Part shown: positions 39,248 through 52,066 of the stretch, in pieces
How the letters are laid out: every line of letters begins with the position of its first letter
Position numbering within the stretch: position 1 is the stretch's first letter
Source of the DNA: Malacoraja senta
Taxonomy: Eukaryota
Length of the DNA stretch: 64,000 nucleotides
NCBI GenBank assembly: GCA_038087875.1
Contig: CM075992.1
Location: 4,342,001 to 4,406,000, forward strand
Direction of reading: 5' to 3'
Made by a program: the position numbers and the translations under genes
Notes under the pieces: model-generated
Told to the model about the DNA's origin: nothing
Seen by the model: only the letters and a program-made list of their open reading frames with translations
The model's database searches: none

Positions 39248-40601
39248 CTGCATGAAAAACAGATAGTATTTTTAATACTACCCCAATTATTTTTTTAAAG
39301 ACTAACGCACGAATGTAATGTAGCAGAAAATCTAATTTACTCCCAAAGCTGAAAAAGATAAAGTTCATTTCTCTCACAATTTATCCTGGTGTTTCAATGA
39401 AGTAACTCACATTCCCATGAAAAGGTATGGTTTTAAATCGACCAATTTGCCACAATAAACCACAAATCATCTCCAATTGGTAGAACCTTTAAAAATTGTG
39501 ATATTGTTATATTAAGTAAATTGCCTTTCATTTTCTTCTTTAAATTAGAGATGGGGGACTTCATAGAAAGTCTTACAGCAGAGCACTTCCCAGCAAGTCC
39601 CAGTATGCATCTTTAAGAATCTTTTTGATTGCAATGCAGACCTACTCCAAATTTTAATTATATTCTGCAACTGTGCATCTATATTATATCTATATTATAA
39701 GTACCAGCAAAGTGTTTCTCTCATATCTTCCTCTTTGGCTTCTATCTCGATCAAGACATTCTGTGTCAACCCTTGCTTCCTTCTTTTTCGACACACGTAA
39801 ATCTTCTATGACCTTGTGTTATTTCTCTCTCCCTTATATTTCTGGTGGTTATGATAAAAGTTATCAAAGCACCCATAATGCAAGTTTACTGTAGTGATGA
39901 TCAAGCTGCCAATAGCTGATTCAATATTTATATACCACATTTTGACACAACTGGTGGTCCTAACAAATAAATGGATGGACCTACTGACAATGCATTATTT
40001 TTTTCCTGTTCCCTACTGCATTGATATTTTGCAAGTGCTCCTAAATTAAAAGAAAATGTCAGTCGCCATTTGCAGTAGATGCCAGCACAATTACGCATCT
40101 ATTCCCCTCTTCCTTGAATCGTTATCTCTTTGTCATTTAACCCCTCTTGTCTTCTATTCCTGTTCCCTTTATTTTTTTCTATTGAATCTTAACATTGTTT
40201 TATCTTTAAATATTCCTGGTCCTGATGACAGATCCTCATCCCAGAACCACTTTTCTCTTTCATTGATAATGCCTGGCCTATTCATTTTTGCTGGCATTTT
40301 CGATATTCATTTCAGATTTTCAGCCTCTGGAACATTTTATTTTTGCAAAAAATTGAGCCTACATCTTATAAAATCCTTTGCCTTGCGCTCTCTAATGGCA
40401 CTGTGGATTTTTGGCAACAATCATCATATTTTCACACTCTAGATAAAATAAATTGATAGAGACATTTCCTTCTGTGTTTCGTACTCTGGTTGTATGAAAA
40501 GAAAGAAAATGCAAATGTTTTGAACACATTTGCTTCTATTGGCGCCCCTTAATATACATGAATATTGATTTTAACATTTGTATAACCCATAAAAATCTTG
40601 C

Positions 40602-40687
40602 CTTCTTTTGGAGACACACTGACAGCCTGTATTTCCCAAGTAGTGATCGAATCTTTAAGGTAATGCGTTATATCCATTGATGCCTCG
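40602..40687 (-). CDS. C3: C3 exon ~19 (EASMDITHYLKDSITTWEIQAVSVSPKE), GC donor
   Basis: cag|C GAG...GAA G|gcaaga; 86 bp; LKDSITTWEI motif. Confidence 0.9.
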
Positions 40688-41194
40688 CTGTTTAAGAAGA
40701 AAAAAAAGTATATTAAACTCATTTTGCACATACAGTCAGACTGTGCTCTTTGCTGTTAACAATATACAGTATTTGTTGCGAAAAGTTTAAATGAAAATTT
40801 ACTAAGTTGAATATATACCAAATAATCTCATTTTCTGCAATTGACCACCTGCAGCTCATATATTTATTCAATAATTCATAAAACTGTATAGAACAGAAAC
40901 AGGGCTTTTAGTCCAACACATCCATACCGACCAAGTAACCTAATCAAGCGAACCCTACTTGCCTATGTGTAGCACATATCCTCCAGGCCTTTCCCATTGT
41001 ATGCATACCCCAAGTATCTTTTATATGCCATAATTGTGCCCACTCTACCACTTCTTCTGGCAGCTTGTTTCATGTGCAAACCACCCTCTGCAAGAAAAAG
41101 TTGCCTCTCAGGTAGCTTCTCCTTTATTTCTCTCACCTTAAACCCATGCCTTCCAGATTTCACAGTAAGTTATTAATGAGTTTCCAAAGATTAA

Positions 41195-41310
41195 TCTGAA
41201 GAAGGGTCTCGACCCGAAACGTCGCCTATTTCCTTCGCTCCATAGATGCTGCCTCACCCGTTGAGTTTCTCCAGCATTCGATTTTCCAGCATCTGCAGTT
41301 CCTTCTTAAA
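41195..41310 (+). repeat. Penelope-derived terminal repeat with hammerhead-like core (best copy)
   Basis: CTGAAGA-A-GGGT-CTCG-ACCC-GAAAC-GTC followed by gatgctgcc...gagtttctccagca; related copies at ~1175, 4640, 6494, 16258, 18270, 28130, 42745, 46110, 50170, 52972, 55490 and 58500. Confidence 0.75.
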
Positions 41311-41419
41311 CCAAACATTAATCAATATGCTCAGAGCCATCTATAGACTACTAGTAACATGTTGTATGAAAGTTAGTGTACCTTTTAAAAATTTAGTGGG
41401 CCACAATTTCTGATATGTT

Positions 41420-42305
41420 GCCCTAACAATCTGTATCTTGTACGGCAGCCTCGCCATCAGCCTGTCTCGTCCCTTTCTTCTTTTGTTGTTTTTAGTCTTT
41501 TTTACTTGTATGTTTTAGTGTACCTTTAGTTTATGTATTATGTGGGAGGGGGGGTTGGGAAAAACTTTACTTGTATCTCTTCCCTCGACGGAGATGCGAC
41601 TTTTTCCGTATAGCATCTCCGTCCGCCCTGCAGCCTTAACATCGTGGAGCTGGCGGACCTTTTTTTAGGGATTGACGTCGGGAGCTCCAACTGCAGGAGT
41701 TTTGACTGCCCCGATCGTGGGAGCCTCATTCGCCCCAATGCGGGGGCTTCGATCACAGTCTGCGGGAGCATCAAGGGCCCCCGACTGCGGATGTTTCGAT
41801 TGCCCAGACCGCAGAAGAACAGGAGGAAAGAAGGTATAAGTTATTTACCTTCCATCACAGTGGGGAATGTGAGATCACTAAAAAAACAAGATGGACGTGC
41901 TGCCTGCACTGGTGAGGACTCGGAGAGTTTGCCGTGAGTGCGGTGATTTGGTGTTTGATGGACCATCGCTCCATGTGGACATCCCGGAGTCTTGTGCGAG
42001 TATGGACGGCTTTCTGACTGTTCGGACGGACAGAGACTGCAGATAGAGTGACAGCGGTCGGTACAACTCTGGTCACATCACGGTGAAGGAGCGTGTGTGT
42101 GGCCCGGACATTGAATTGATGGCTATGGGTCTCTGCTATTGCTGTGCGCCCTGGGGGTTCTCACACGCCACAGTGGTGGCTGTTTAAGTCTATGTGTAAT
42201 CTTTATGCAGTTATGTATCTTGCTGCTTATTTTTGTATGACTGCATGGCAAATCAAATTTCACTGTACCTCTGTACACGTGACAATAAAGTACCATTGAA
42301 CCACT
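41420..42305 (+). mobile_element. Rex1-like LINE remnant (5' region and endonuclease start joined to the 3' tail)
   Basis: LPSITVGNVRSL.K.D relic, GFLTVRTDRD, tail ending gtgacaataaagtaccattgaacc. Confidence 0.5.
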
Positions 42306-43177
42306 GAAAGTTAATTTCTGTCAATTAAGGACATTTTTCTTACAGATTAGCTCTACTGTTGCCCGAGTAACCAGTAACCCCAAATCCCTATAGGAATGGT
42401 ACAGATCATTATTGGAAAGTTGGTTACCAATTTTGTTTTAGGTGAAGAAATGTTATTCAGTTGTTATTCCCTCTGTACTGCATTATTTCATGCTAAAATC
42501 AGTTAACTTGAAACAGGTTTTAACGATTTGCATTCCAAAGTATTGCATCCACTGCTCTGTCTAGTGTTGCATCAGCTGTCACTCAGTGAGGAACATTCCT
42601 TCTTCTCAATCAGAAACCATTGGGCATCATGCTCCAGAGAATTAGGTGTAAACAGATACATCTGCTCTCATAGTGCAATTATAGCTTAAGATAACAAAGC
42701 TTTTCAAAATGATTTCCTCAATCATTGCTCTTTTTTAACACAAGGAACTGCAGGTGCAGTTACAAAAGAAGGCAAAGTGTGCTAGAGTAACTCAGCGGGT
42801 CAAGCAACATCTCTGGAAAACATAGATGCGTGAGATTTTAGGTCAGGACCCTTCTTCGGACTCTTTTCTTCTCGACCCAAAACTTCATCCACCTAGGTTC
42901 TCCAGAAATGTTGCCTGACCAGTCGAGTTACTCGAGCATTTTTTTTTTTTGTCTCACATTGGTATGTGTTGGAATTTGCAAGTGATAAATTAGCTTCTTT
43001 CTTTTCTAAATTACAAATTTAATTATTTGCACCAAATTCCAGTCAAATGCTAAGAATAAAAAACCTTAATTGTATGCAAATCTTGGCAGCATCCTGGGTT
43101 AATTTTGCATCAAAAAATGTAATTGAATTATGCAGTATGAACAACACACATTCATTGTAAGATTTCAGGATAAATAC

Positions 43178-43280
43178 CCATTCTTGCCCTGTGGAAGAGT
43201 ATATGTCTGCCAGAGCCAGCTTTCTGGGAACTGAGACCTGACTGTTATATCCTCATAGTTAGTGTAATCTTCATCAGTAC
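43178..43280 (-). CDS. C3: C3 exon ~18, alpha' N-terminus (STDEDYTNYEDITVRSQFPESWLW...)
   Basis: tag|GT ACT...AAT GG|gtattt; 103 bp; FPESWLW. Confidence 0.95.
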
Positions 43281-44149
43281 CTAAGGGAAGAGTAAATTAT
43301 GCATTTAAATGTTATTTAACCTTAGAGATATAAGTATATCACACACACACACACAATGAATTGCCGGAGAACATTTAATGACTTTAACAGAACTACCAAG
43401 TTAAGAGGAACTGTGCAAATCTATGAACTATTTATTAACTCTATCTACAACTTCTAACCATCTTCCTCTCACCATGGAAGTCCTGTCCATGGTAATGACA
43501 ATTACCCAGCCACAACAATCCATTAGATCAATATGATCTAATGTAGTTGTGAATGTTCTCACTCACCTCCTCCTAAACCTTCTTTTGATGAACTCCTGGC
43601 TTCCATTCGGAATTTCTTCTTCCTGAGATTTTCTCATGGAAAAGAGAAGCCAATTCAACCTTACTATTTTGCTCTAAGAGAGTAATTTGGAAACACTTTC
43701 CCTGCATTCCTACCCTTCCTGGAGGAACATAAGGTAAACCAGGAGAACCAACAAGACATCAATGTCACTCTATATGGCCCAGGGAAGCTCAGGAACAGCC
43801 AGTAGCAAATTAACACACATTTTCCAATTCTAAATTACAAACAGTGCATTGGAGAAAGTGCATAAATAGAACCATTAGAACTGAGAGGAAAGACTGGAGA
43901 GGCAAGGACAAACGTCTTCAGTAAACAGTGTTGGAACAATCTAATTCATGCTTTTACTTAAAACTGGTTGGTAACTTGAAACCTGATAGACTTTGTGAAA
44001 AACTATTTCAGTAGCTAATTCAGTAACTATTTCAGTATCTGGGGAGAAATTTCCCTTCCTTGCCTGATCTGACATTTTTTATCATAGACCCTCGGCAGTA
44101 CAGCTGACTCTAGACTGAAAGGTCTACAGCATTTTAAGATCTAAATATT

Positions 44150-45870
44150 GGCCATGCCACAATAAACACATCAAGTAAATTAATTAGAAGGAAATTATGA
44201 AGGAACATGTCTGATAGCCCCAGAGAAAAACCATTAACCATTAAAGTTCGATCGGGAGGTAATGGGGTAGCTGGCAAATACCTAATGTTGGTAGGTAATG
44301 GGGTAGCTGGCAAGTAGAAGGCTTTCAAAATTAAGCTAGCAGGATGTTCAGGAGCAGCAAGTTCTGTACGGGTGATGGGCGAGGTTGACTTGTTTAGGAA
44401 ACATTGGTTGATGAGAAATGTTGAAGCTCTGATCAGGAAAAAGGAGGGATATGTCAAATTCAGGCAGTTGGGATCATCAAACTAATCTCTCTGTGTGTAT
44501 AAGTGCAGTGGTATACTTAGCAAGACAATCAGGAGGACTAAAAGAAGATGTGAAATTGATCTGGCAGGCAAGAGATCAATCAGACATGCAAGAAAATCTG
44601 AATTCTACATGTATATTAAGAGTAAAAGCATGGCTAGGGAAAGAAACAGTCTCCTTAAAGATTATAATGGGTGTCTTTGTATAGAGTCACAAGAGATATT
44701 AAACAAATATTTCACTTCTGTTTTTTACAGATTGCAGAAACAAAGAAATTGAGGCATATGAGTTATGATGTCATCAATCATGTTCAAATTACCAAAGAGG
44801 GGATCATCTCTGATTTATAGCACATTAAGATGGATAAATGCCCAGAACATGACCAAGTGCATCCTTGGACCCTGTGGGAAGCTTGTAACGAAATTGCAGA
44901 GGCCCTCAAAGAGATCATGTTTATCTTCGGTGGGGCAGCGGTAGAGTTGCTGCATTACAGCATTTGCAGTGCCAGAGACCCGGGTTTGATCCCGACTACA
45001 GGTGTTGCCTGTACAGAGTTTGTAGGTTAATTGGCTTAGTGCAAGTGTAAATGATCCTAATGTGTGTAGGATAGTGTTAATGTTCGGGGATCACTGGTTG
45101 GTGCCGGTCGGAGCGGGCTCAGTGGGCCGAAGGGCCTGTTTCCGCGCTGTATCTCAAAACTAAACTATAGGTTAACTTCCAGAAGACTGGAGGGTGGCTA
45201 ATATTGTCAAATTATTTTAAAAGGGCAGTAAAGACAAGTTAGGAAACTATAGGGCAGTGAGCCTGACATTTGTGGTGGAAAAGTTGTTGGAGGGGATCTA
45301 ACACCAATTAGATAGGCAAGGAAAGATTTGGGATGGTCCACAAGGTTTTGTGCATAGGAAATTGTGTTCCACAAATCTGACAGACTTTTTCGAAGAAGTC
45401 TTTGAGAGGATTGATGAGAGTAGGGCAGTGGATGTTGTCAATATATAGTTTCCAATAGTTTCCTAAAGGGCTGGCCTGTCCCACTTTCCCAAGTTACTCA
45501 CGAATTCTCCCGAGTTTTCCCCTTGATTCAAACTCAGAGAATTACGGTAATAGCCAGCCGTAGGTACTCGGGGCTATTATTTTTACTTGTGGACATTTTT
45601 CATCATGCTGAAAAAAGGTGCCGACTTACCTGATGCCCCGAGTACCTACGGCTGGCATTACGAGCCGCTACGATATATCCACGGACTCCTACGGCCTCCT
45701 ACGGACTCGCTACGGCCATTCCCCGAGTTTGAATCAAGGGGAAAACTCGGGAGAATTCGTGAGTAACTCGGGAAAGTGGGACAGGGGCTTAACTTGTTTC
45801 CTAAAGTTTCACCAGGATGTTACCTGGAATTGGGATCTTAAATTATAAGGAGAGGGTGGATAGGTTGAAT
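44150..45870 (+). mobile_element. Decayed CR1 ORF2 fragment containing a nested SINE and a MITE
   Basis: FYMYIKSK, LNKYFTSVF, PEDWR.ANI...KKG, NYRAVSLT relics. Confidence 0.7.
45467..45789. mobile_element. PIF/Harbinger-like MITE with ~70-bp TIRs
   Basis: cctgtcccactttccc.agttactcacgaattctcccgagttttccccttgattcaaactc inverted at the right end; TAA on both flanks; internal ttttact.gtggacatt shared with 1803-2005. Confidence 0.8.
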
Positions 45871-46703
45871 AACAAATTCAGGAAAATCACATTTTCCCCA
45901 ATGAATGATGGCAAATGTATAAATTGAGGCAAAAGCTGGATAAAGTCATGAAGGAGAAAGGAAAAGAAGGATCTGTTAATGGGCTCGGATAAAGGGGTCA
46001 GAAAATCTCATGTGAAGCAATAAGACAGCAGAAACCCAATTGGCTGACTGGCCTTGTCCTTTTGTTATTACAATCAATTTCTCAATCAGAAGCAAATATA
46101 CGTGAGAAAGAACTGCTGATGCTGGTTCAAATCGAAGGTAGATGCAAAATGCTGGAGTAACTCAGCGTGACAGGCAGCATCTCTGGAGAGTAGGAACGGG
46201 TGACGTTTCGGGTCGAGACCCTTTTTCAGACTGATGTCAGGGGAGTGGGCGGGACAAAGATAGAATGTAGTCGGAGACAGTAAGACTGGTGGGAGAACTG
46301 GCAAGGGGGAGGTGATAGAGAGGGAAATAGAGAAGCAAATATATGTTCTGCCAATCAACAATCATTTTTAAGGTGAGCCTGGGCTAAAGGGACTGTTTCC
46401 ATGTTGTATCCCTAAAATAAACCAAACTTCAACTCTGAATAATATTCAAAGACTATTTCCACTGCCCTTTGAGCAAGAGAGTTCCAAAGGTCATGAATTT
46501 CAGAAGAATAAAAATGTATTTCAGGTGTACGTGCAAAGGTCATGAAGTTACACTGAGAATGAGATAATTTATCATTCTTCCAAACACTACAGAATATAGG
46601 AATATTAAATATTCATGTTCTGAAAGTCATCAAGATCAGAGTGGAAATACCAAATCAAATAAATATACTTTCAAATAGCTTCAATCATTCACTTAAAATT
46701 ACT

Positions 46704-46816
46704 CCCCACACCCACCCTCCCCCACCCCCCTCCCCTCCACACCCCTCCCCCAAACCCCCTCTCCACCACCCCCCCCCCCACACCCCTTCCCCCCCCCTCC
46801 CACACCTCCCTCCCCC
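46704..46816. repeat. C-rich low-complexity tract
   Basis: Visible directly. Confidence 0.85.
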
Positions 46817-47146
46817 ATTGCGTTGGGGAATGGGTTGCGTTGGGGGGGACCAGACCTCCCGTATGACTGGGACCTAACAGGTTCCACTTAGTCTAATTCT
46901 ATATATATAATTTCATTGTTCTATCTGGGACGTATGACAATAAAACACTCTTGACTCTTTGCTTTGACTGGATAGAATGCAAACAAAAGCTTTTCACTGT
47001 ACCTCGGTACACATGACAATAATAAAAAACTAAACTAAACTAATATCCAAGCTCAGCTTTTCCTCTCATAAAAAGACATTTCACACTCTAAAATGCTTTT
47101 ATTCCAACTGGGATTTTACCTTTAAAGAAAAGAATTCAATACTTAC

Positions 47147-47344
47147 TTCGACCTAAACTCAGCGCGCTTTTTTGAAGCTGATCCTTATATTTTGTAACTG
47201 TTTCACAACAGTGCATGAAGGAATTGCGGCATTCATTTCCCCTAATTATTTTTCTGGCCCTTCGACCACAGCTGTGACGCATGAGGTTTACTGTAAATCC
47301 AGCTTTACAACATCGTTCTTGTAGTGGAGTTTTGAACTTCTGCA
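47147..47344 (-). CDS. C3: C3 exon ~17, C3a anaphylatoxin (…RCCKAG…HSCGRR…ECRNSFMHCC…LSLGR|S)
   Basis: cag|TG CAG...CGA A|gtaagt; 198 bp; six anaphylatoxin cysteines and convertase site. Confidence 0.95.
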
Positions 47345-49412
47345 CTGAAATAAAAAACAAAAGTTTTAAAAACTCATACACACAGATAAATAATTAGTTT
47401 AGTGATGTCGCATAGAAACAAGCCTCTCGGTCCACTGGCTCTATGCCAACCAACAATCATCCATTCACACTAGTCCCCTGTTATCCTTCTTTGTCAATCA
47501 GTCCCTACACACGAGGTGCAATTTTTACAGAGACCAAATAACCCACAAACGCACACATCTTTGGGATGTGGGAGGGAACTGGAGCATCTGGAGGAAACCC
47601 ATGTGGCCACAGGAACAACATGCAAACTCCTCACAGACAGCACCCAAGGTCAGGATCAAACATGGGTATCTGGTGCAATGAGGCTGCAGTTCTACCAGCT
47701 ATGCCACTGTGACACCCAAAACTAAAAGGAAGACTGAGTTTATGAAATACCAGAAATGATCTAAGGGGCTGTTATATGAGGAAACATTAAGATGAATCTG
47801 CCTGTGTTCTCTGGAGTTCAGAAAAATGACAGGTCAGCTCATTAAGTAATATGCTGGGTGTCTTGAGAGCATGGATTCTATAAGAAGTCTACCTTGGTAG
47901 GGGAATCTGGATAAACACAAAACCATACAGCAGGCGAACAGGCTCTTCATTCCACAATGTCTGTGCCAAACATGAAGCCAATACCAACTCTTACCTGCCT
48001 GCATATATAATCCATATCCTTAAACCTGTTGGAGTTGCATCAATCTCAAGGGGCACAGATTAAACAGTCAGTTATTTCATTTACTTTCTTGTTCTTGGAA
48101 TGTTCTGTCCAAGAGAGCAGTGTCAACAATTGAGTTAATGAGCAAACCACGCAAGCTTGTGATTGATTCAGATTCAGATTCAGATTGAACTTTATTGTCA
48201 TTGTGCAGTGTACAGTACAGAGACAACGAAATGCAGTTAGCATCTCCCTAGAAGAGCGACATAAATATATAATATATTGGATTCAGGGAATCAAAGCTGA
48301 TGAGAACCAAGATGCTGGAGCTGGTAGAAATCCAATCGGGTGTATTTTTTTCAAAAGTTCTTCGGGCTACCTTCGGGCTAACCACTGATCATATTTCGTA
48401 CATTCTTTCATGGCTTTGGAAGCCATAGACAATTTTAATCCAAAGTACACATTTTCAGGATCTTAACACTGCTGCAAGGCCAGCATTCCTTGTCCATCCG
48501 TGAGAAAATGTTGACAAAACACACTCTTGAAATGCTGCATCTGATGATAGTGCTCCCATTGAGTTGTTCAACGCAGAGTTCCAGGATTTAGAACCAGTGA
48601 TGAAGAAGGACTAGCAGAATATTCTAAATCAGTAAGACTTCAAGAGGAACTTGCAGGTGGTGGTGTTTCTATGGTTTTGGTGCCTCTGACCTTCTTGGTG
48701 GGTGGAAACTATGGGTTGAGGAGATGGTACTGGAGTAGCCGAGAGAAGTAACTGAATTGTATTTTGTAGATGGAGGTGATGGAGGAGCCCACTTTTAGAA
48801 TGGCTGATGCTGTGCCAAAAATTGTTGGAGCTGCACACATCCAAGAAAGTAGAGAATTTTCCATCTTGCTCCTGACTTGTGCCATGTGAATCCTGGAAAA
48901 GCTTTGAGGTATCAGGGCTGAGTCACTCACAAACTAGTCTCTGATCAGCTTTTGTAACCAGGACATTCATGTTACAACAAAACTTGGGTGATACCTTTGC
49001 AGAACATGCAGTTTCTTTCTAGTCCACCGTTACAATCCTGAACTTCCATTCAACTATCACTTCTATTCCCTATCTCACTCTTAGTTTAACATTTGTATTT
49101 GTTGCCAACTGCGCTTCTCTATGAAAATTCCAACATAAGTTTGAGGGACAGCATCTCATGTTTCATCTGGGCTCATTTTGGACATAATACTGAATTTAAC
49201 AATTTCAAGGCTCTCCCTTTATCATTTTTTTCATTGATGTTGCTGTACCAGTTTGTGTCATTTTTCTCTTGTCTCCAAATGCTGGTTTCCAATGTAATTA
49301 CTGCCTTTGCAACTTACGTCTGCATTCTATCACAGAGATTCCCTCTGTTCTCTCCATCCTTCCCCACAATACAACTTGAAAACCTCGCTTTTCTATTGTC
49401 AGGAATAAATTA

Positions 49413-49437
49413 ATCTCTCTCTCTCTCTCTCTCTCTA
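49413..49437. repeat. (TC)n microsatellite
   Basis: Visible directly. Confidence 0.9.
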
Positions 49438-50756
49438 TGGCTCTCTCTTTCTTTCTCACTTTCTCTCATTGGCCTGACCCATCTACCTCATAGTTCCTGG
49501 AGACCTTTGAACTATCTTTAATGTTATATCTTGCAATAAATATAGTACTGTTTATCCTTTATTAGTGCACCGTGGACAGATTGATTGTACTCATGTAGTA
49601 TTTTCTTTGACTGGATAGCTCACAAACAAAACATTTCACTGTACGTCAGTACATGTGACAATAATAAACTAATTAAACTATTGTTTGCCAATTTTGCAGT
49701 GGTTATGTTGCTTGCCATTTAGCAGCCTGTGCCTGAACATATCCATGACTGAACAAATAAAAGTGGACCTTTACAGCAGCATTCAGTCTTTTGCATATTC
49801 AATCTCTCTTCAAGGTATCATAAAGCAGAGGCATCCGTTAAAGAATTCCCACAATGTTTTGCATGGATGTTATACCTATCCTTCAACAATACTTTTAACT
49901 CATGCCAGCCAAACATGACAACCTTAAACAGCCAATGAATAATAAAACCATCTCTGATCGAATGAAGGAATCATAAAAAAACATAAAATCATTAAAAAAA
50001 ACAGAAGGCAGAACAAATTTTCTTTCTAGTTGCAATGGACAATCCCAAGATGAAGGTATCTCATCTGATTTCAGAGTTAAGTACATTTCTCTTCTTATTT
50101 CGTGAGCACAGGAGGCTGAGGGGTGAGGTTCTAGACATACATACATACGGTGGGGCATAGGCTCAAAGATAGACACAAAAAGCTGGAGTAACTCAACGGG
50201 ACAGGCTGCATCTTTGGAGCAAAGGAATGGGTAACGATTCGTTTCGAGACCCTTCTTCAGACAGGAGGGTGTATAGATAGGGTGTATGCCCAGTGTCATT
50301 TACCAATGGTAGGGGAAGCAAGAACCAGAGGACATAGGTTTTAGGTGAGAGGGGAAAGATTTAATAGGAACCCGAGCTGACAACTTTTTCACATGGAGGC
50401 TGGTGGGTATATGGAACGTGCTGCCAGAGAAGATCGCTGAAGCATACAAGACCATTTTAAAAGATACTTGGACAGGTACATAGATGGAAAGGTTTAGAGG
50501 AATATGGGCCAAATGCAGACAAATAGGACCAACTTAGTTGCCGCATCTTGGCTGGCATGGATGGGTTGGGCCGTGGTGGGGCCTGTTTCGATGGTGTATT
50601 TCTATGACTTGAAATGTTCATTATTATTTTTAAACCAATTTCTGTAAAGTCACATTTTGAATAGATTACCATCACAAGTAAAAAAGCTGCCATCAAAAAA
50701 ATTCTTACATCCATGAATTATATAAGTGAACTATTTCTTAAATTATAAATACATAC

Positions 50757-50828
50757 GTGTCTCAGCTTTGAGGTCCGCCAGTCCTGTTGCACGACGCTTG
50801 CGTAGATTTGGCTGTTTACACGTCAGCT
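50757..50828 (-). CDS. C3: C3 exon ~16 with beta/alpha processing site RKRR (50791-50802)
   Basis: cag|AG CTG ACG TGT...ACA C|gtatgt; 72 bp; ELTCKQPNLRKRRATGLADLKAET. Confidence 0.93.
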
Positions 50829-51756
50829 CTGCAATAAATATTGGAAAGATACAAATATGAATGTTAATTTGAAACCCTGTTGTTGCACGAGTGTCCTGTC
50901 GTATGGAATTTTATGACACAAATGCATGTACTCATTTTCCAAATGGTCTTTTGAAAATGCAGGCATCTCTCGTTTTATGCAGGGGTTACATACTTGAAGA
51001 CTAATGCATACATCAAAAAGCACATAAATCAAACATACGCCAGGCACTGCACGTGACCACACTGCCTTACGGTGCCAGGCATAAATTTGAGTGCGTTATT
51101 CAAAAATAGAAACATGTATATTAAACTTCGTTAGTAATTAGGCAAGCGCAATATTGTAAAAATGCCTAAAACAAGCACGGTATGTATATTAGGTTCAGAA
51201 CATAAAACTACCGTAACCAACTAGTCAACGGCGTACAACCGTTGCTAACATGTTTTTTTTAGCCAATGAGCAAAGAATCTTAAGAAAGTGAAGTAATATT
51301 AAAATCCACAAATTGAAGACTGAAACAGTCACAAGCAGGAGGAAACTGTATGATATAATTCATAGTACGTGATGAAATAACAAGTAGACTACCTATCTGT
51401 ACTACCTTCTGATGCTCAAGGCATCTTACAACCAATAAACTACTCCTGAGGCATGAAATGCATCAGACATTTTGCGCACACTAGGTCTCCACAGACAGCA
51501 ATTAATAATGTCCAGGTGTTTAAGAAAGAACTGCAGATGCTGGAAAAATCGAAGGTAGACAAAAATGCTGGAAAAATAAAGAATAATTCCAACAATAATG
51601 TCCAGGTAATGTTTTATGTTAGAATGATAACCATTGTCCGAGGAATGAGGAAAATCTCCCAAGTTCTTTTGCAAATTAGTACAATGGGATGCATCACAAC
51701 CAGCTAAAGGAGCTGTTAAACAGTTTGACCTCTCATTCAGACATTACCCCCTCCGT

Positions 51757-52066
51757 GGGCGGCACAGCCGTAGGTAGAGTTGCTGCATTACAGCGCCAGA
51801 GACCCGGGTTCGATCCTGACTACGGGTGCTGTCTGTACGGAGTTTATACGTTCTCCCCGTGACCCGAGTGGGTTTTCGCCGAGATCTTCGGTTTCCTCCC
51901 ACACTCCAAAGACATACAGGTCTGCAGGTTAATTGGCTTGGTATAAATGCAAATTATCCCCAGTATGTGTAGGATAGAGTGATGTGCAGGGATCGCTGGT
52001 TGAGACAGACTCGGTGGGCCGAAGGGCCTGTTTCCATGCTACTTCTGTGAACTAATCTAAACTAAA
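51757..52066 (+). mobile_element. HE1-type V-SINE (tRNA-derived head, CR1-like tail)
   Basis: GGCGGCACAG...B-box GGTTCGATCC...ttctccccgtg...ggtttcctcccacactccaaagac...gggccgaagggcctgtttcc...(CTAAA)n. Confidence 0.85.

Noticed and set aside
51757..51830. tRNA gene
   Set aside because: The A/B-box-like sequence is the head of a SINE; there is no cloverleaf and it continues into the SINE body.
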